Below are positions 28,828 to 39,671 of a stretch of DNA of 64,000 bases, piece by piece (the first letter of the stretch is position 1; the number at the start of each line of letters is the position of its first letter). The notes beneath the pieces were generated by a model. The model was not told the DNA's origin. It was given only the letters and a program-made list of their open reading frames with translations, and made no database searches. Origin of the DNA: Terriglobia bacterium (GTDB taxonomy: Bacteria > Acidobacteriota > Terriglobia > 20CM-2-55-15); the NCBI GenBank assembly GCA_963664115.2, contig CAXWPJ010000002.1, positions 672,001 to 736,000 on the forward strand, in the 5' to 3' direction. The translations under genes and the position numbers were made by a program.

Positions 28828-29964
28828 ATGAGACACCCAATACTTCTGTCACGCACTGTTGTACTGCTTGCCGGCCTGCTCGTAACCGCTTCCGGCGTCG
28901 CACAGACTCTTGAACCTTCAAAGATCGACGTGTCCGAACTCGGCCCTCAGGTGGGAGAGATCGTCCCGGATTTCAGCTTGATGGACCAGAACGGAGAAAC
29001 CTGGACGCGTGAATCGATCATGGGACCGAACGGTGCGATGCTGGTGTTTGTCCGCTCGGCTGGTTGGTGACCATATTGCCGAACGCAGCTCGTGGAGCTG
29101 CAAAGTCAGGTCGAAGAGCTCGCCGAACGGGGTATCGGGCTGGCCGTGATCAGTTACGATGCGGTCGACGTTCTGACCGCGTTCTCCCAGGATCAGGCAA
29201 TCACCTTCCCGATGCTGTCGGACCTCGGTTCCGAGACGATCCGAAGATTCGGTATTCTCAATTCGGTTCCGGAATGGGCCCTCGGGCCCAACAGCGATGA
29301 TCCTGCCGTAGCTGCCGATGTCGCGACCTACGTATCGGTCGTCAATCCAAGGGAACTTATGATCGGCATCGCGTTTCCGGGCACCTTCATTCTCGATACC
29401 GACGGTCGCGTGTCGTCGCGGTATTTCGAAGATTTCTATATCGAACGGAATACCGTGTCGAGCATTATCATGCGGCTTGGGGGTGGGGAAGCCCCCGTTG
29501 AAGCCACGAAAATATCCACTCCGCAACTCGACATCACGACCTATCCAAGCGACGCGGTTGTGGCACCGGGCAATCGTTTTTCGCTGGCTCTTGACGTCCA
29601 GCCGGGCCCCGGAATGCATGTCTATGCGCCCGGTGCGACCGGCTATCAGGTGATCTCCCTGAAGATCGATCCTCAGCCTTTCGTGAGAATCCGGTCGATG
29701 GAGTACCCCGAATCGGCGAACTATTATTTTGAGCCCCTGGACGAGACGGTGCCGGTCTACGAAGAACCATTCAAGCTGATCCAGGAGATCGTCCTGGAGG
29801 GTTCACCTCGGGCACAGGCGGCGTTTCGTGAACAAGAGTTCCTGACGCTCACAGGCACAATTGAATACCAGGCCTGCGACGCCAGCATCTGCTACATCCC
29901 CAGCTCCGTACCCGTTTCGTGGACCCTGTCGCTCGAGGGTTTGTTGCGTCGACAGCCACGCTAA
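28828..29964 (+). CDS. Probable selenoprotein: AhpC/TSA (peroxiredoxin-like) UxxC domain fused to DsbD-N-like domain, 378 aa with UGA29068 read as Sec
   Basis: ORFs 28828..29070 and 29092..29964 share a frame and join as FVRSAGW-TGA-PYCRTQLVELQ. A SECIS-like hairpin follows. The C-terminal domain has PGMHVY and YQACDASICY.P. Confidence 0.8.
29068..29112 (+). promoter_or_regulatory. Candidate bacterial SECIS element
   Basis: Perfect stem GCAGCTC-GTG-GAGCTGC (29085-29101) starts 14 nt after the UGA, with G first in the apical loop. A lower GACC/GGTC pairing is possible. Confidence 0.7.
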
Positions 29965-29971
29965 GTGTTTC

Positions 29972-29999
29972 CCTGAGAAGGGGCTCGCCCCTTCTCAGG
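29972..29999 (+). terminator. Strong hairpin after the selenoprotein gene
   Basis: CCTGAGAAGGGGC-TC-GCCCCTTCTCAGG is a perfect inverted repeat 7 nt after the stop. There is no U-tract, so it may be REP-like. Confidence 0.5.
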
Positions 30000-30249
30000 A
30001 GCTTCACCAACTCTCAAGGTCCTAAAACCGTTTATTCTGCCAACCGACTCGTGACACCGCGATCATCGCGGCCCAGCCGAATCAGGCGGTCCATGCCACC
30101 GTCATCGATAGCCGATTTGATCATCTTGACGTTATCACCGTCAACGCGTCAAACATGCACATTTTCGTCCCACCACCCGGCCTTGTTGTGTGAGTCGTTG
30201 TTATCTAACAACGACTTAAACAAAGGGCTGAATTATGCATTGATTAAAG

Positions 30250-30269
30250 ACATAAAGATATGTTTATAT
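30250..30269. promoter_or_regulatory. Probable SahR operator
   Basis: AT-rich imperfect palindrome ACATAAAGATATGTTTATAT (16/20 symmetric) directly upstream of the ArsR-methyltransferase gene. It resembles the ATATAAAG-N4-CTTTATAT type SahR motif. Confidence 0.7.
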
Positions 30270-30276
30270 ACTTATC

Positions 30277-31299
30277 GTGGCTTGGCCCTCGAATCTCCCG
30301 TTGTTGAACGCCGTACATTGCTTGTGCGCGATTGCCGAGCCCACACGTCTGCGTTTGATCCATCTATTGGCCCAGGGAGAACTGACCGTCAGCGAGATCA
30401 GTCAGATATTGGGTCAGAGTCAGCCTCGTGTCAGTCGGCATCTAAGGCTGCTGTTGGACGGCGGCTTCGTGGCGCGCCTTCCTGAAGGCGCATGGGTATT
30501 CTACCGGCTGGTTGACGCGGGTACCCGGAGCACCGCCGCAGACCTGGCGAACATGCTCGTTGAGAGGCTTGACGCGGGGGATCCCGTTCTTGCCGGTGAT
30601 CTGGAACGATTGACGTCGGTCAAGGCGGAACGGGCGGCAGAAGCGTCCGCCTATTTCGAAGCGCATGCCACCGACTGGGTGAGGGTGCGGGCTCTCTATC
30701 AACCGGTCGCCAAGGTTGAAGCTGCGATGCGTGAGCTTCTCGGACCGCAGTCGGTCGATTTTCTGGTGGATTTCGGTACCGGTACAGGGCGTGTCCTGGA
30801 GGTTCTGGGCGGCCTGTATCGGCGTGCGGTCGGGTTTGATACGAATCACGCCATGCTGAGTATTGCGCGTGTAAATTTGGATCGGGCACAGATTCGTCAT
30901 GCACGCGTGCAACATGGAAATTTCCTGTCCCTGCCGAGATCGTTGGACGAACCTGATGTTGTTGTGATCCATCAGGTCCTGCACTATCTGGACGATCCTG
31001 GGGCGGCTGTTGGGTCGGCTGCACGCCTGCTCGGGCCGAACGGTCGACTTTTGATCGTCGACTTCGCTCCTCATGAGATGGAATTTCTCCGAACGGAACA
31101 TGCGCATCGCCGACTGGGCTATTCTGACGACGAAGTGTTCGAGTGGTGTCGGGGGGCGGGACTCGAAGCCCAGGAGGTCCGTCAGGTCAAGCCACCCCGG
31201 GAACGATCCGGGGAAGTGTCGTCACCCGCCGTATCGCTGTGGCTTGCCTGCCACCCTGCGCATTCGGGCTCCGTCGAAGACCTGGAGATGGCCGGATGA
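30277..31299 (+). CDS. sahR: SahR-like regulator: ArsR HTH + SAM-binding methyltransferase domain
   Basis: EPTRLRL..LL..GELTVSE...ILGQSQPRVSRHL; DFGTGTG; HQVLHYLDDP; EHAHRRLG. First gene of the metF-metH operon. Confidence 0.85.
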   Translation: MAWPSNLPLLNAVHCLCAIAEPTRLRLIHLLAQGELTVSEISQILGQSQPRVSRHLRLLLDGGFVARLPEGAWVFYRLVDAGTRSTAADLANMLVERLDAGDPVLAGDLERLTSVKAERAAEASAYFEAHATDWVRVRALYQPVAKVEAAMRELLGPQSVDFLVDFGTGTGRVLEVLGGLYRRAVGFDTNHAMLSIARVNLDRAQIRHARVQHGNFLSLPRSLDEPDVVVIHQVLHYLDDPGAAVGSAARLLGPNGRLLIVDFAPHEMEFLRTEHAHRRLGYSDDEVFEWCRGAGLEAQEVRQVKPPRERSGEVSSPAVSLWLACHPAHSGSVEDLEMAG

Positions 31300-32204
31300 G
31301 CCGGGTGAAGACTGACACGGTCAAACCACCCCGCGTGTCGTTCGAGTTTTTTCCTCCCCGAACGCCTCAGATGGAGGTAGACCTCTGGCACTCAGTTCAA
31401 CGACTTGAGCCGCTCGAGCCCGCGTTTGTTTCGGTGACCTATGGTGCGGGTGGAAGTACCCGCGAACGCACGCACGCGACCGTCAAGCGAATCGTTAAAG
31501 AAACACCGTTGGACGTTGCCGGACACCTGACGTGTGTCGCCGCTTCACGTGAGGAAGTAAATGCGGTGATTCGGGATTACTGGAACGTGGGAGTGCGGCA
31601 CGTTGTCGCTTTGCGGGGCGATCCGCCGGCAGGGCCGGGCAGCGACTATAAACCCCATCCAGAAGGCTATGCCACGAGCGCCGATCTGGTAGCAGGGGTC
31701 AAACAGTGTGCGCCGTTTGAGGTCAGCGTCGGTTGCTACCCTGAAGTTCATCCCGAGGCCGCGAGCCCGCAGGCCGATCTGGAAATGCTCAAACGCAAGG
31801 TGGACGCCGGCGCGGACCGCGCGATTACGCAGTTCTTTTTCGAGGCGGACGTGTTCTTGCGGTTTTTGGAGAGGGTGCGCGGGGCCGGGATCACGATTCC
31901 GATTGTTCCGGGTATCATGCCGATTCCCAACTTCAAGAACATTCAAAAATTTGCGGCTAAAGTAGGGGCCAACATACCGGTCCGGCTGAGGAAGATCTTA
32001 GAAGGTCTTGACACAGACACTGTAACCCAACCGCTTGTGGCAGCAAGCTGTGCGGCCGAGCTCTGCCTCGAGCTTCGCGAGCAGGGCGTTGATGACTTCC
32101 ATTTCTATACCTTGAACCGGCCCGAACTCACTTCCGCGACCTGCCGTATGCTCGGGATCAAGCCCAACAACGTGCCCACCCCGGCAGAGGCCCCGGCGTT
32201 ATGA
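31296..32204 (+). CDS. metF: 5,10-methylenetetrahydrofolate reductase
   Basis: VSFEFFPP; [13 protein letters not shown]; ALRGDPP; YPEVHP; AITQFFF; FHFYTLN. The ATG at 31296 overlaps the upstream stop. Confidence 0.95.
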   Translation: MSRVKTDTVKPPRVSFEFFPPRTPQMEVDLWHSVQRLEPLEPAFVSVTYGAGGSTRERTHATVKRIVKETPLDVAGHLTCVAASREEVNAVIRDYWNVGVRHVVALRGDPPAGPGSDYKPHPEGYATSADLVAGVKQCAPFEVSVGCYPEVHPEAASPQADLEMLKRKVDAGADRAITQFFFEADVFLRFLERVRGAGITIPIVPGIMPIPNFKNIQKFAAKVGANIPVRLRKILEGLDTDTVTQPLVAASCAAELCLELREQGVDDFHFYTLNRPELTSATCRMLGIKPNNVPTPAEAPAL

Positions 32205-35200
32205 CACGAAGCGAACGTCTTGTTCTGCTCCATAGAGAAGCCGAATCGCGCATCCTGGTCCTCGATGGTGCGATGGGTACGATGATTCAGCAGCACCAGT
32301 TGAGTGAAGAAGATTTCCGAGGCGATCGATTCAAGGAACACAGCAGGGAAATACGAGGCAACAATGACATCGTCGCGCTGTCGCAACCTGACCTGTTGCG
32401 CGAAATCCATACGCGGTACTTTCGGGCCGGTGCGGATATCGGCAAGACGAATACCTTCAATGCGAACGCGATATCGCAAGCGGATTACGACATGGTGGAC
32501 TTCGTATACGAACTCAACCATGCGGCTGCCACGATAGCCAGGGAAGCTGCGGTGGCAGTTGAGGCCGCGGACGGCCGTCCCCGCTTTGTGGCGGGTGTTT
32601 TGGGTCCTACGAACCGGACGGCTTCAATGTCGCCCGATGTTAACGATCCTGGATTTCGGAACATCACCTTCGATCTCCTGCGGGAAGCTTACCTCAACCA
32701 GGCGCGCGCCCTTGTCGATGCCGGTGTCGACATTCTGTTGCTGGAGACGATTTTCGACACGCTCAACGCCAAGGCCGCTTTGTTTGCGATCGACGAGCTT
32801 TTCGAGGAGGTCGGGGGCAGCCTTCCGATAATGATTTCCGGTACGATCACGGATCGTTCCGGCCGGCTCCTTTCCGGACAGACAGTCGAAGCCTTTTGGA
32901 ATTCGATCCGTCATGCCGAGCCCTTTGCCGTCGGCCTCAACTGCGCCCTCGGTGCGAAAGAACTCCGTCAGTACGTCGAGGAACTGTCCGCGCTTGCCCA
33001 CTGTTTGGTCAGTGCCCATCCGAATCTCGGCCTTCCTAACGAACTCGGTGGGTACGACGAACCACCCGAAACCATGGCAGCGCTGGTGGGTGAGTTTGCA
33101 GCATCAGGCCTCGTTAATATTGTGGGTGGCTGTTGTGGTACCACGCCCGATCACATCGCGCAGATCGTAAGGACCGTCAGCGAAGTCAATCCGCGCGTAC
33201 CCCCGGCTCAGAAGAATAGATTGCAATTGTCTGGCCTCGAACCCCTCAATCATGATGCCGGCCGAGCGAGCGAACAAACGGCGACGTTCATCAACATCGG
33301 TGAGCGCGCGAACGTAACCGGTTCGGCAAAGTTCAGAAAACTGATTACTGCCGGTAATTTCGAAGCGGCCCTGGAAGTGGCCCGTCAGCAGGTCCAGAAC
33401 GGAGCCCAGATCATCGACGTCAATATGGACGAAGGCATGCTGGATTCCGAAGCGGTCATGTTGAAGTTTCTGAACCTGATCGCCGGGGAGCCGGATATTG
33501 CCCGGGTCCCGGTGATGATCGATTCGTCCAAATGGTCGGTTCTCGAAGCGGGTCTCCGATCGGTGCAGGGCAAGTCGGTCGTGAACTCGATCAGTCTCAA
33601 AGAAGGTGAAGCACCCTTCCTGCGGCAGGCGCGGCTCGCGAAACGTTACGGCGCAGCCATCGTTGTTATGGCGTTCGACGAAAGCGGCCAGGCCGACACG
33701 GCGGACCGCAAAGTCGAGATCTGCACGCGCTGCTACAAGCTGCTGACCGAGGAAGTCGGCATGCTTCCTGAAGACATCATTTTCGACCCGAACATATTTC
33801 CGGTGGCGACGGGAATCGAAGAACACAACGAATACGCCGTTGCTTACATCGAAGCTATCCACCGCATCAAAGCAACGCTCCCCCACGCGCATGTGTCCGG
33901 TGGCGTCTCGAACGTGTCGTTTTCGTTCCGGGGGAACAATGCAGTCCGCGAAGCGATGCATTCGGTGTTTCTCTATCACGCGATCCAGGCCGGGATGGAT
34001 ATGGGCATTGTCAACGCTGGTCAGTTGGCGATTTATGAGGACCTCGATTCGGAGCTTCGGGAACAAATCGAAGATGTCGTTTTAAACCGGAGGCCGGATG
34101 CAACCGACCGGCTTGTCGAGCTTGCGGAAAATCTGAAAGGCCAGAAACGCGCCGACAGCGGGCCTGACCTTAGCTGGCGGAACAAGCCTGTTGCGATGCG
34201 CATCGAGCACGCCCTCGTCCACGGTGTCGCGGAGTTCATCGTCCAGGATACGGAAGAAGCTCGAGAAGAAATAGGTAGCCCTCTGGATGTTCTGGAAGGG
34301 CCGTTGATGGACGGCATGAGCAAGGTGGGTGACCTCTTCGGTGCAGGCAAGATGTTTCTGCCGCAGGTCGTCAAGAGCGCACGTGTGATGAAGAAAGCCG
34401 TTGCTCACCTGGTTCCCTTCATGGAGAAAGAAAAGTTGGAACGGGGGGATACCTCGAAAACTGCAGGGCGCGTTGTGCTCGCCACGGCCAGGGGAGATGT
34501 TCATGACATCGGAAAAAACATCGTCGCCGTTGTGTTGCAGTGCAACAATTTCGAAGTGGTGGATCTGGGCGTCATGGTGCCCGCGGCAGAAATTCTGGAG
34601 ACGGCACGCGCCATGGAGGCAGATTTGATCGGTGTGTCGGGTTTGATTACGCCGAGCCTGGACGAGATGTGTCACGTCGCCGCAGAAATGGAAAGGGAAG
34701 GTTTCGACATACCCTTGCTGATCGGTGGTGCGACGACCAGTCGCCTGCACACCGCGGTCAAGATCAGTCCGAACTACTCGAATGGGCCGACGATTCATGT
34801 CGCCGACGCATCACGCGCTGTTGGAACCGTGGGGAACCTTATGTCCCGGGACCAGCGTGAAAACTACATAAGTGAGATCAGTAAGGAATACACGCGTATC
34901 CGGGAAACGTACCTGGCACAGGACAGGAGCCAGGCAATGTTGACGTTGACCCAGGCCCGAGCCAACCAAGTTACCATTGACTGGTCCAGGTACATCCCAC
35001 AACGACCCAGTTTCACGGGACTCAAAACGTTTACTGCATATGATCTTGCCGAATTAGTCGACTACATCGATTGGGGACCATTCTTTCATGCGTGGGAACT
35101 GTCAGGACGCTTTCCCAACATTTTGGACGATCCCAGGAAGGGGAAAGCGGCACACGCTCTGTTCGACGACGCCAAGGCGATGTTGAAGCAGATCGTCGAT

Positions 35201-35935
35201 GAAGCTTGGATTTCGGCTCGTGCCGTCATCGGTTTCTGGCCCGCGAACACTGAGGGAGACGACATTCTCGTCTACGCGGACGATGAACGAACCACCTCCC
35301 GTGGTATCTTCCACACCTTACGCCAGCAGTTGGTCAAGTCGTCTGGCCGCAGGAACGTCGCTCTTGCCGACTATATTGCGCCAGCAGAGTCTGGAGTTTC
35401 CGACTATCTCGGTGGCTTCGCCGTGACCACGGGTCACGGTGAACGCTCACGCGTGGAGCGCTTCAAAAGCGAACACGACGACTACTCGGCTCTCATACTC
35501 CAGGCGCTCACAGACCGATTTGCTGAGGCCCTTGCCGAACGTATGCACGAGCGGGTACGGCATGAATTCTGGGGTTATTCCCCCGGGGAGGATCTCGATG
35601 CGAATGAACTTATTGCCCAGCGTTATCGCGGGATTCGGCCGGCTCCCGGCTATCCTGCCCAGCCCGACCACACGGAAAAAGGCTTCCTGTTCGACATCCT
35701 TGAGGCGGAGGCCAGGACTGGCATAAAGCTCACTGAAAGCTATGCCATGTGGCCGGGTGCTTCCGTCAGCGGACTCTATTTCAGCCATCCCGAGAGCCGG
35801 TACTTCGGTGTGGGTAAGATCGCACGGGATCAGATCGAAGACTACGCGCAGCGCAAAGGCATGAGCCGTTCTGAGTGCGAAAAGTGGTTGGCCCCGATCC
35901 TGGGTTACGTACCGGACGCGCGCGACGTCGCTTAA
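32201..35935 (+). CDS. metH: Cobalamin-dependent methionine synthase
   Basis: [10 protein letters not shown]; GLNCALG; GGCCGTTP; [10 protein letters not shown]; [11 protein letters not shown] (B12-binding); [12 protein letters not shown]. Confidence 0.97.
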   Translation: MTRSERLVLLHREAESRILVLDGAMGTMIQQHQLSEEDFRGDRFKEHSREIRGNNDIVALSQPDLLREIHTRYFRAGADIGKTNTFNANAISQADYDMVDFVYELNHAAATIAREAAVAVEAADGRPRFVAGVLGPTNRTASMSPDVNDPGFRNITFDLLREAYLNQARALVDAGVDILLLETIFDTLNAKAALFAIDELFEEVGGSLPIMISGTITDRSGRLLSGQTVEAFWNSIRHAEPFAVGLNCALGAKELRQYVEELSALAHCLVSAHPNLGLPNELGGYDEPPETMAALVGEFAASGLVNIVGGCCGTTPDHIAQIVRTVSEVNPRVPPAQKNRLQLSGLEPLNHDAGRASEQTATFINIGERANVTGSAKFRKLITAGNFEAALEVARQQVQNGAQIIDVNMDEGMLDSEAVMLKFLNLIAGEPDIARVPVMIDSSKWSVLEAGLRSVQGKSVVNSISLKEGEAPFLRQARLAKRYGAAIVVMAFDESGQADTADRKVEICTRCYKLLTEEVGMLPEDIIFDPNIFPVATGIEEHNEYAVAYIEAIHRIKATLPHAHVSGGVSNVSFSFRGNNAVREAMHSVFLYHAIQAGMDMGIVNAGQLAIYEDLDSELREQIEDVVLNRRPDATDRLVELAENLKGQKRADSGPDLSWRNKPVAMRIEHALVHGVAEFIVQDTEEAREEIGSPLDVLEGPLMDGMSKVGDLFGAGKMFLPQVVKSARVMKKAVAHLVPFMEKEKLERGDTSKTAGRVVLATARGDVHDIGKNIVAVVLQCNNFEVVDLGVMVPAAEILETARAMEADLIGVSGLITPSLDEMCHVAAEMEREGFDIPLLIGGATTSRLHTAVKISPNYSNGPTIHVADASRAVGTVGNLMSRDQRENYISEISKEYTRIRETYLAQDRSQAMLTLTQARANQVTIDWSRYIPQRPSFTGLKTFTAYDLAELVDYIDWGPFFHAWELSGRFPNILDDPRKGKAAHALFDDAKAMLKQIVDEAWISARAVIGFWPANTEGDDILVYADDERTTSRGIFHTLRQQLVKSSGRRNVALADYIAPAESGVSDYLGGFAVTTGHGERSRVERFKSEHDDYSALILQALTDRFAEALAERMHERVRHEFWGYSPGEDLDANELIAQRYRGIRPAPGYPAQPDHTEKGFLFDILEAEARTGIKLTESYAMWPGASVSGLYFSHPESRYFGVGKIARDQIEDYAQRKGMSRSECEKWLAPILGYVPDARDVA

Positions 35936-35984
35936 GGGTTAAGCGCTCGACGTAAAATCGACTATACGAGGAAGTGCCTTCGCC

Positions 35985-36026
35985 ATTCTCAACTCCTGAC
36001 AGACCATCCTGTCTGAAGTTGAGAAT
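35985..36026. terminator. Hairpin between convergent metH and cytochrome genes
   Basis: Imperfect inverted repeat ATTCTCAACT..GACAG/CTGTC..AGTTGAGAAT. Confidence 0.4.
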
Positions 36027-36079
36027 TTCAGCAAAGGGAAGCTAGAAGGCAGCCGGACGCTTTCTCTGCGGTACGCGGA

Positions 36080-36505
36080 TCAGTTATAGGGTACCCATGT
36101 TTCTCGTCCACCCCCCACAAACAAAGGTATATGGGGTGAGCCTTTGTGACAGGTAGCGCAACTTACCTTGACGTCGCCGGAGGCGAAGGGTTCCTGTTCG
36201 TTCAGCACCTGGACCATCCGGATCATCTGCCGAGCGGTTTGCTTCATACTGGTTTCGGGGACGTAGTCCGTCACGCCATCCTCACCAAGAAAGTGACAAT
36301 ACCTGCACCGCGCACCTAGCTGATCTCTGATCGTAGTCATCTGTGACCGCACTTCACCGTAATCCATGCCTGTGAAGATCTCGATGTTGACCAGTTCTGG
36401 TGGAGGCCCCTCCTGCCCCTGGGCATTGGTTGGCTGTGCACCAAAAACGAGCGTTACCGCGACTAGAGCAATCAATGTAACCAGTGAAAACGAATATTTC
36501 CTCAT
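36080..36505 (-). CDS. Small periplasmic diheme c-type cytochrome (photosynthetic reaction-centre cytochrome c-like domain)
   Basis: Signal peptide; CRYCH and CATCH; 'M...LG..C.YCH' and 'AR.MI.MV..LN' spacing. Confidence 0.8.
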   Translation of the reverse strand: MRKYSFSLVTLIALVAVTLVFGAQPTNAQGQEGPPPELVNIEIFTGMDYGEVRSQMTTIRDQLGARCRYCHFLGEDGVTDYVPETSMKQTARQMIRMVQVLNEQEPFASGDVKVSCATCHKGSPHIPLFVGGGRETWVPYN

Positions 36506-36567
36506 AGTTCCAGTTCCTCCCGGTGGCAAATAGTAACATAGAAGAAGTTCGTTTTGAATTGTGGCTG

Positions 36568-37722
36568 CTAGGCCAGCGCCTGTTCGAAGTCTTCAGCCAG
36601 CTCTACCTCAGATTCGATGCCGACCGACAGTCGCAACAGTGCGTCCGGGAAATCCAGGCGCCGACGCTCCTCCGGTGACATCGCAGAATGTGTCGTGATT
36701 GCGGGTCGTGTGATGAGCGTTTCGACCCCTCCCAGGCTGACCGCGTTGATTGGCAATACGACACGTTCGATGAATCGCTGGGCGGCATCGACACCGCCTT
36801 CGAGTTCGAAGCTCAGCATGCCGCCTGAGCCATCGAAAATATCTGCCGCGATCCCGTAACCGGGGTGCGATTTCAGTCCGGGGTAATGGACACCGACGAC
36901 CTTTGGGTGCGCTTCGAGCAGCCGGGCCAGCTTCAGGGCTGTGGCGTTCTGGCGTTCGACCCTCAGCGCCAGGGTCTTGATGCCACGGTGCAGGAGGAAC
37001 GCGGCATGAGGATCGAGCGACCCCCCGAGATGACTCAGCCTGTGTGTAATTCGTTCCACCAGATCGGTGCGGCCGATGCACGCTCCAGCAACGATATCGG
37101 AGTGTCCGTTCAGATATTTCGTTGCGCTGTGGAGCGACAGGTCGATGCCCACTTCGGAGGGACGGAAGTTTATCGGGCTGGCGAAGGTATTGTCGATCAT
37201 CGATATCAATCCGTTGGAGCGGGCAAACTCCACTGCGGCGCGGACGTCGGGAACGCGGAGCAAAGGGTTGGATATCGTTTCAAGGTAGATAGCTCGGGTG
37301 TTTGACCGTCTCTTATCGGCCCAGGATTGGGGGTCGGATCCGTTGACGAAATCGAAATCGATACCGAAGGCGGGGAAGTCTTCTGTAATCAGGTGGTGGG
37401 TCCCTCCATAGAGGCAGTCCTGGATGAGCAGGTGGTCTCCGGCGGAAAGGAATGTGAGGAGAGCCGTCGAAATGGCGGCCATGCCGCTCAAGGTCACGAC
37501 GGCGGCTTCAGCGTTCTCAAGTGCAGCGAGCTTCTTCGCAACCGCCTGCTGGTTCGGCGTGTTATTGAGACGGATGTAAGGGATCTCATCGTATCCAGCC
37601 TCACCACCATACTCATACATGGCTGTCTGGAAGATTGGCATCGAAATCGAGCCGCCAATCCGCGGTTGGGGTTCCCCGCTTCGGATGACCTTCGTCTGGA
37701 TGTGCCTGAATTCGTCGGGCAT
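36568..37722 (-). CDS. Cys/Met metabolism PLP enzyme (cystathionine gamma-lyase/synthase or methionine gamma-lyase family)
   Basis: SGMAAI; LYGGT; ETISNP; DNTFASP; HSATKYLNGHSD (PLP Lys); SLGGVETL; RLSVGIE. Confidence 0.92.
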   Translation of the reverse strand: MPDEFRHIQTKVIRSGEPQPRIGGSISMPIFQTAMYEYGGEAGYDEIPYIRLNNTPNQQAVAKKLAALENAEAAVVTLSGMAAISTALLTFLSAGDHLLIQDCLYGGTHHLITEDFPAFGIDFDFVNGSDPQSWADKRRSNTRAIYLETISNPLLRVPDVRAAVEFARSNGLISMIDNTFASPINFRPSEVGIDLSLHSATKYLNGHSDIVAGACIGRTDLVERITHRLSHLGGSLDPHAAFLLHRGIKTLALRVERQNATALKLARLLEAHPKVVGVHYPGLKSHPGYGIAADIFDGSGGMLSFELEGGVDAAQRFIERVVLPINAVSLGGVETLITRPAITTHSAMSPEERRRLDFPDALLRLSVGIESEVELAEDFEQALA

Positions 37723-37967
37723 CGTTTCATCTCCGGTAGCTCGAGCGTTGGGGTCTCCTGATGCTAACAGGACGGGTCGGCCTGATCGCAAGACTCGAGC
37801 TTTTTCTTGCCTGAGACCTTAAGTAATTCGACCGTTGGATTTGCTTCCAAGTCCTTCCTTTCGCGATAATTACAAAGATTTCCCCCGGGTCGTCGGGTCC
37901 TCCCCAACTGGCACGCGCTGATTCAATACCGGAAAGGGGCGGTATCCGGCCCTCGCATCAGGAGTTC

Positions 37968-39554
37968 GTGATGTCGGAGACTATCGAAGTATACGATTCC
38001 ACCTTGCGCGATGGCGCCCAGGGGGAGGGGATCGCCTTTTCCCTCAAGGACAAGCTGCTCATTGCCCGGCGGCTTGATGACCTCGGAGTTCACTATATCG
38101 AGGGGGGCTGGCCCAATCCTACCAATCCCAAGGATCTGGCGTTCTTCGAGCAAGTGGGACAACTCGGCCTCAAGGCTAAGGTGACGGCCTTCGGCAGCAC
38201 GCGCCGCGCGACGAACCGTCCCGAAGATGACGCCACGCTGAACACCTTGCTCATGGCGGGCACCCAGAGCATCGCTATATTCGGCAAGAGCTGGACCCTG
38301 CACGTCGAAGAGGTCCTGGGCACGACCCTGGAAGAAAACCTTCGGTTGATAGAAGATTCAGTGGCTTTCCTGGTGGGGCACGATCGCGAGGTCGTTTATG
38401 ACGCCGAGCACTTTTTTGACGGCTGCAAAGCTGATTCCGCTTACGCGCTGGAGACGCTTCTTGCCGCCCAGCGGGGCGGCGCGCGCATCGTCGTATTGTG
38501 CGACACCAACGGCGGAACGCTCACCACCGAAATGGGCCGCATCATCGAAGACGTGAAACAGAAAATCGATACGCCCTTTGGAATTCATGCCCACAACGAT
38601 GCGGGCGTGGGCGTCGCCAATTCGCTGATCGCCGTTGAGCTGGGAGCGGTTCAGGTGCAGGGCACGTTCAACGGTTACGGGGAGCGTTGCGGTAACGCCA
38701 GCCTGTGTTCCATCATCCCCAATCTCGAACTCAAGATGGGTAAGCAGAGTATCGGGTCTGACAAGCTCCAGGATCTTGTCGAATTCTCCCGCTTTCTCAG
38801 CGAGATTGCCAATGCGTATCACGATCACCGCCAGCCCTATGTGGGCGATAGCGCTTTCGCGCACAAAGGCGGCGCCCATATCGACGGAGTCATGAAGGTG
38901 GCACACTCCTTCGAACACGTGATTCCCGAGACTGTGGGTAACGCGCGTCGATTCCTGGTTTCGGACCAGAGCGGGGGCAGCACGATCGTGAGCAAGCTGC
39001 GTCGCTTCCTGCCTGAGATAGACAAGAAGGATCCGCTGGTGGGCGAGTTACTGGAACGCGTGAAGCAACTCGAACACGAGGGGTACCAGTTTGAAGCGGC
39101 GGAGGGTTCCTTTGAGCTGATGGCGAGGCGGGTTCAGGGTACCTACGAAGACGTGTTCCAGCTGGTGGAATTCCGCACAATCAATCGCCGGGTCGGGGAC
39201 GAGGCCGAGGCGGCGGAGGCCATCGTCAAGGTACGGGTGAACGGCCAGCTCTATCACACGGTGGCCGGGGGAGACGGTCCGGTGAACTCCCTGGACCAGG
39301 CTCTGCGCAAGGCGCTGGAGCAGGAGTATCCGAGTATTCGCGATGTGCACCTGGAAGATTACAAGGTGCGCGTGCTCTCAAGCGGTGACGGTACGGCAGG
39401 CAGGGTGCGTGTGCTGATCCAGTCTTCAGACGGGAGTGACGTGTGGGGTACGGTCGGCGTGTCGGAGAACATCATCGAGGCCAGCTGGATCGCGTTGGCG
39501 GATAGCCTGCACTTCAAATTGATGAATGATGCGCGAGAAGCGAAGCGGGGCTAA
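37968..39554 (+). CDS. cimA: Citramalate synthase (LeuA/CimA family)
   Basis: YDSTLRDGAQGEG; DAEHFFDG; LCDTNGG; HAHND; GYGERCGN; AFAHKGG.H; C-terminal LeuA regulatory domain. Confidence 0.88.
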   Translation: MMSETIEVYDSTLRDGAQGEGIAFSLKDKLLIARRLDDLGVHYIEGGWPNPTNPKDLAFFEQVGQLGLKAKVTAFGSTRRATNRPEDDATLNTLLMAGTQSIAIFGKSWTLHVEEVLGTTLEENLRLIEDSVAFLVGHDREVVYDAEHFFDGCKADSAYALETLLAAQRGGARIVVLCDTNGGTLTTEMGRIIEDVKQKIDTPFGIHAHNDAGVGVANSLIAVELGAVQVQGTFNGYGERCGNASLCSIIPNLELKMGKQSIGSDKLQDLVEFSRFLSEIANAYHDHRQPYVGDSAFAHKGGAHIDGVMKVAHSFEHVIPETVGNARRFLVSDQSGGSTIVSKLRRFLPEIDKKDPLVGELLERVKQLEHEGYQFEAAEGSFELMARRVQGTYEDVFQLVEFRTINRRVGDEAEAAEAIVKVRVNGQLYHTVAGGDGPVNSLDQALRKALEQEYPSIRDVHLEDYKVRVLSSGDGTAGRVRVLIQSSDGSDVWGTVGVSENIIEASWIALADSLHFKLMNDAREAKRG

Positions 39555-39671
39555 CAATCAGCGACGGCGGGCCGGGAGCTGATTCAATTGATGCCGTGCA
39601 TTGGATCTTGTAGACTGACGCCAACCGTAGCCGGAAGGCTCAGGTCGTTCTTGTCTGAGGAGGAGTTCTAG

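Noticed and set aside
28828-29070. Independent 80-aa protein and separate 290-aa downstream protein
   Set aside because: The split would cut a thioredoxin fold at its active site. Sec readthrough explains the sequence better.
29965-30276. SAM or cobalamin riboswitch upstream of the met operon
   Set aside because: I could not recognise SAM-I/II or B12-box consensus motifs. A protein operator palindrome explains the regulation.
36080-36505. Evidence of anoxygenic photosynthesis
   Set aside because: Only a small diheme domain is present, with no pufLM, pscA or bch genes in the window.
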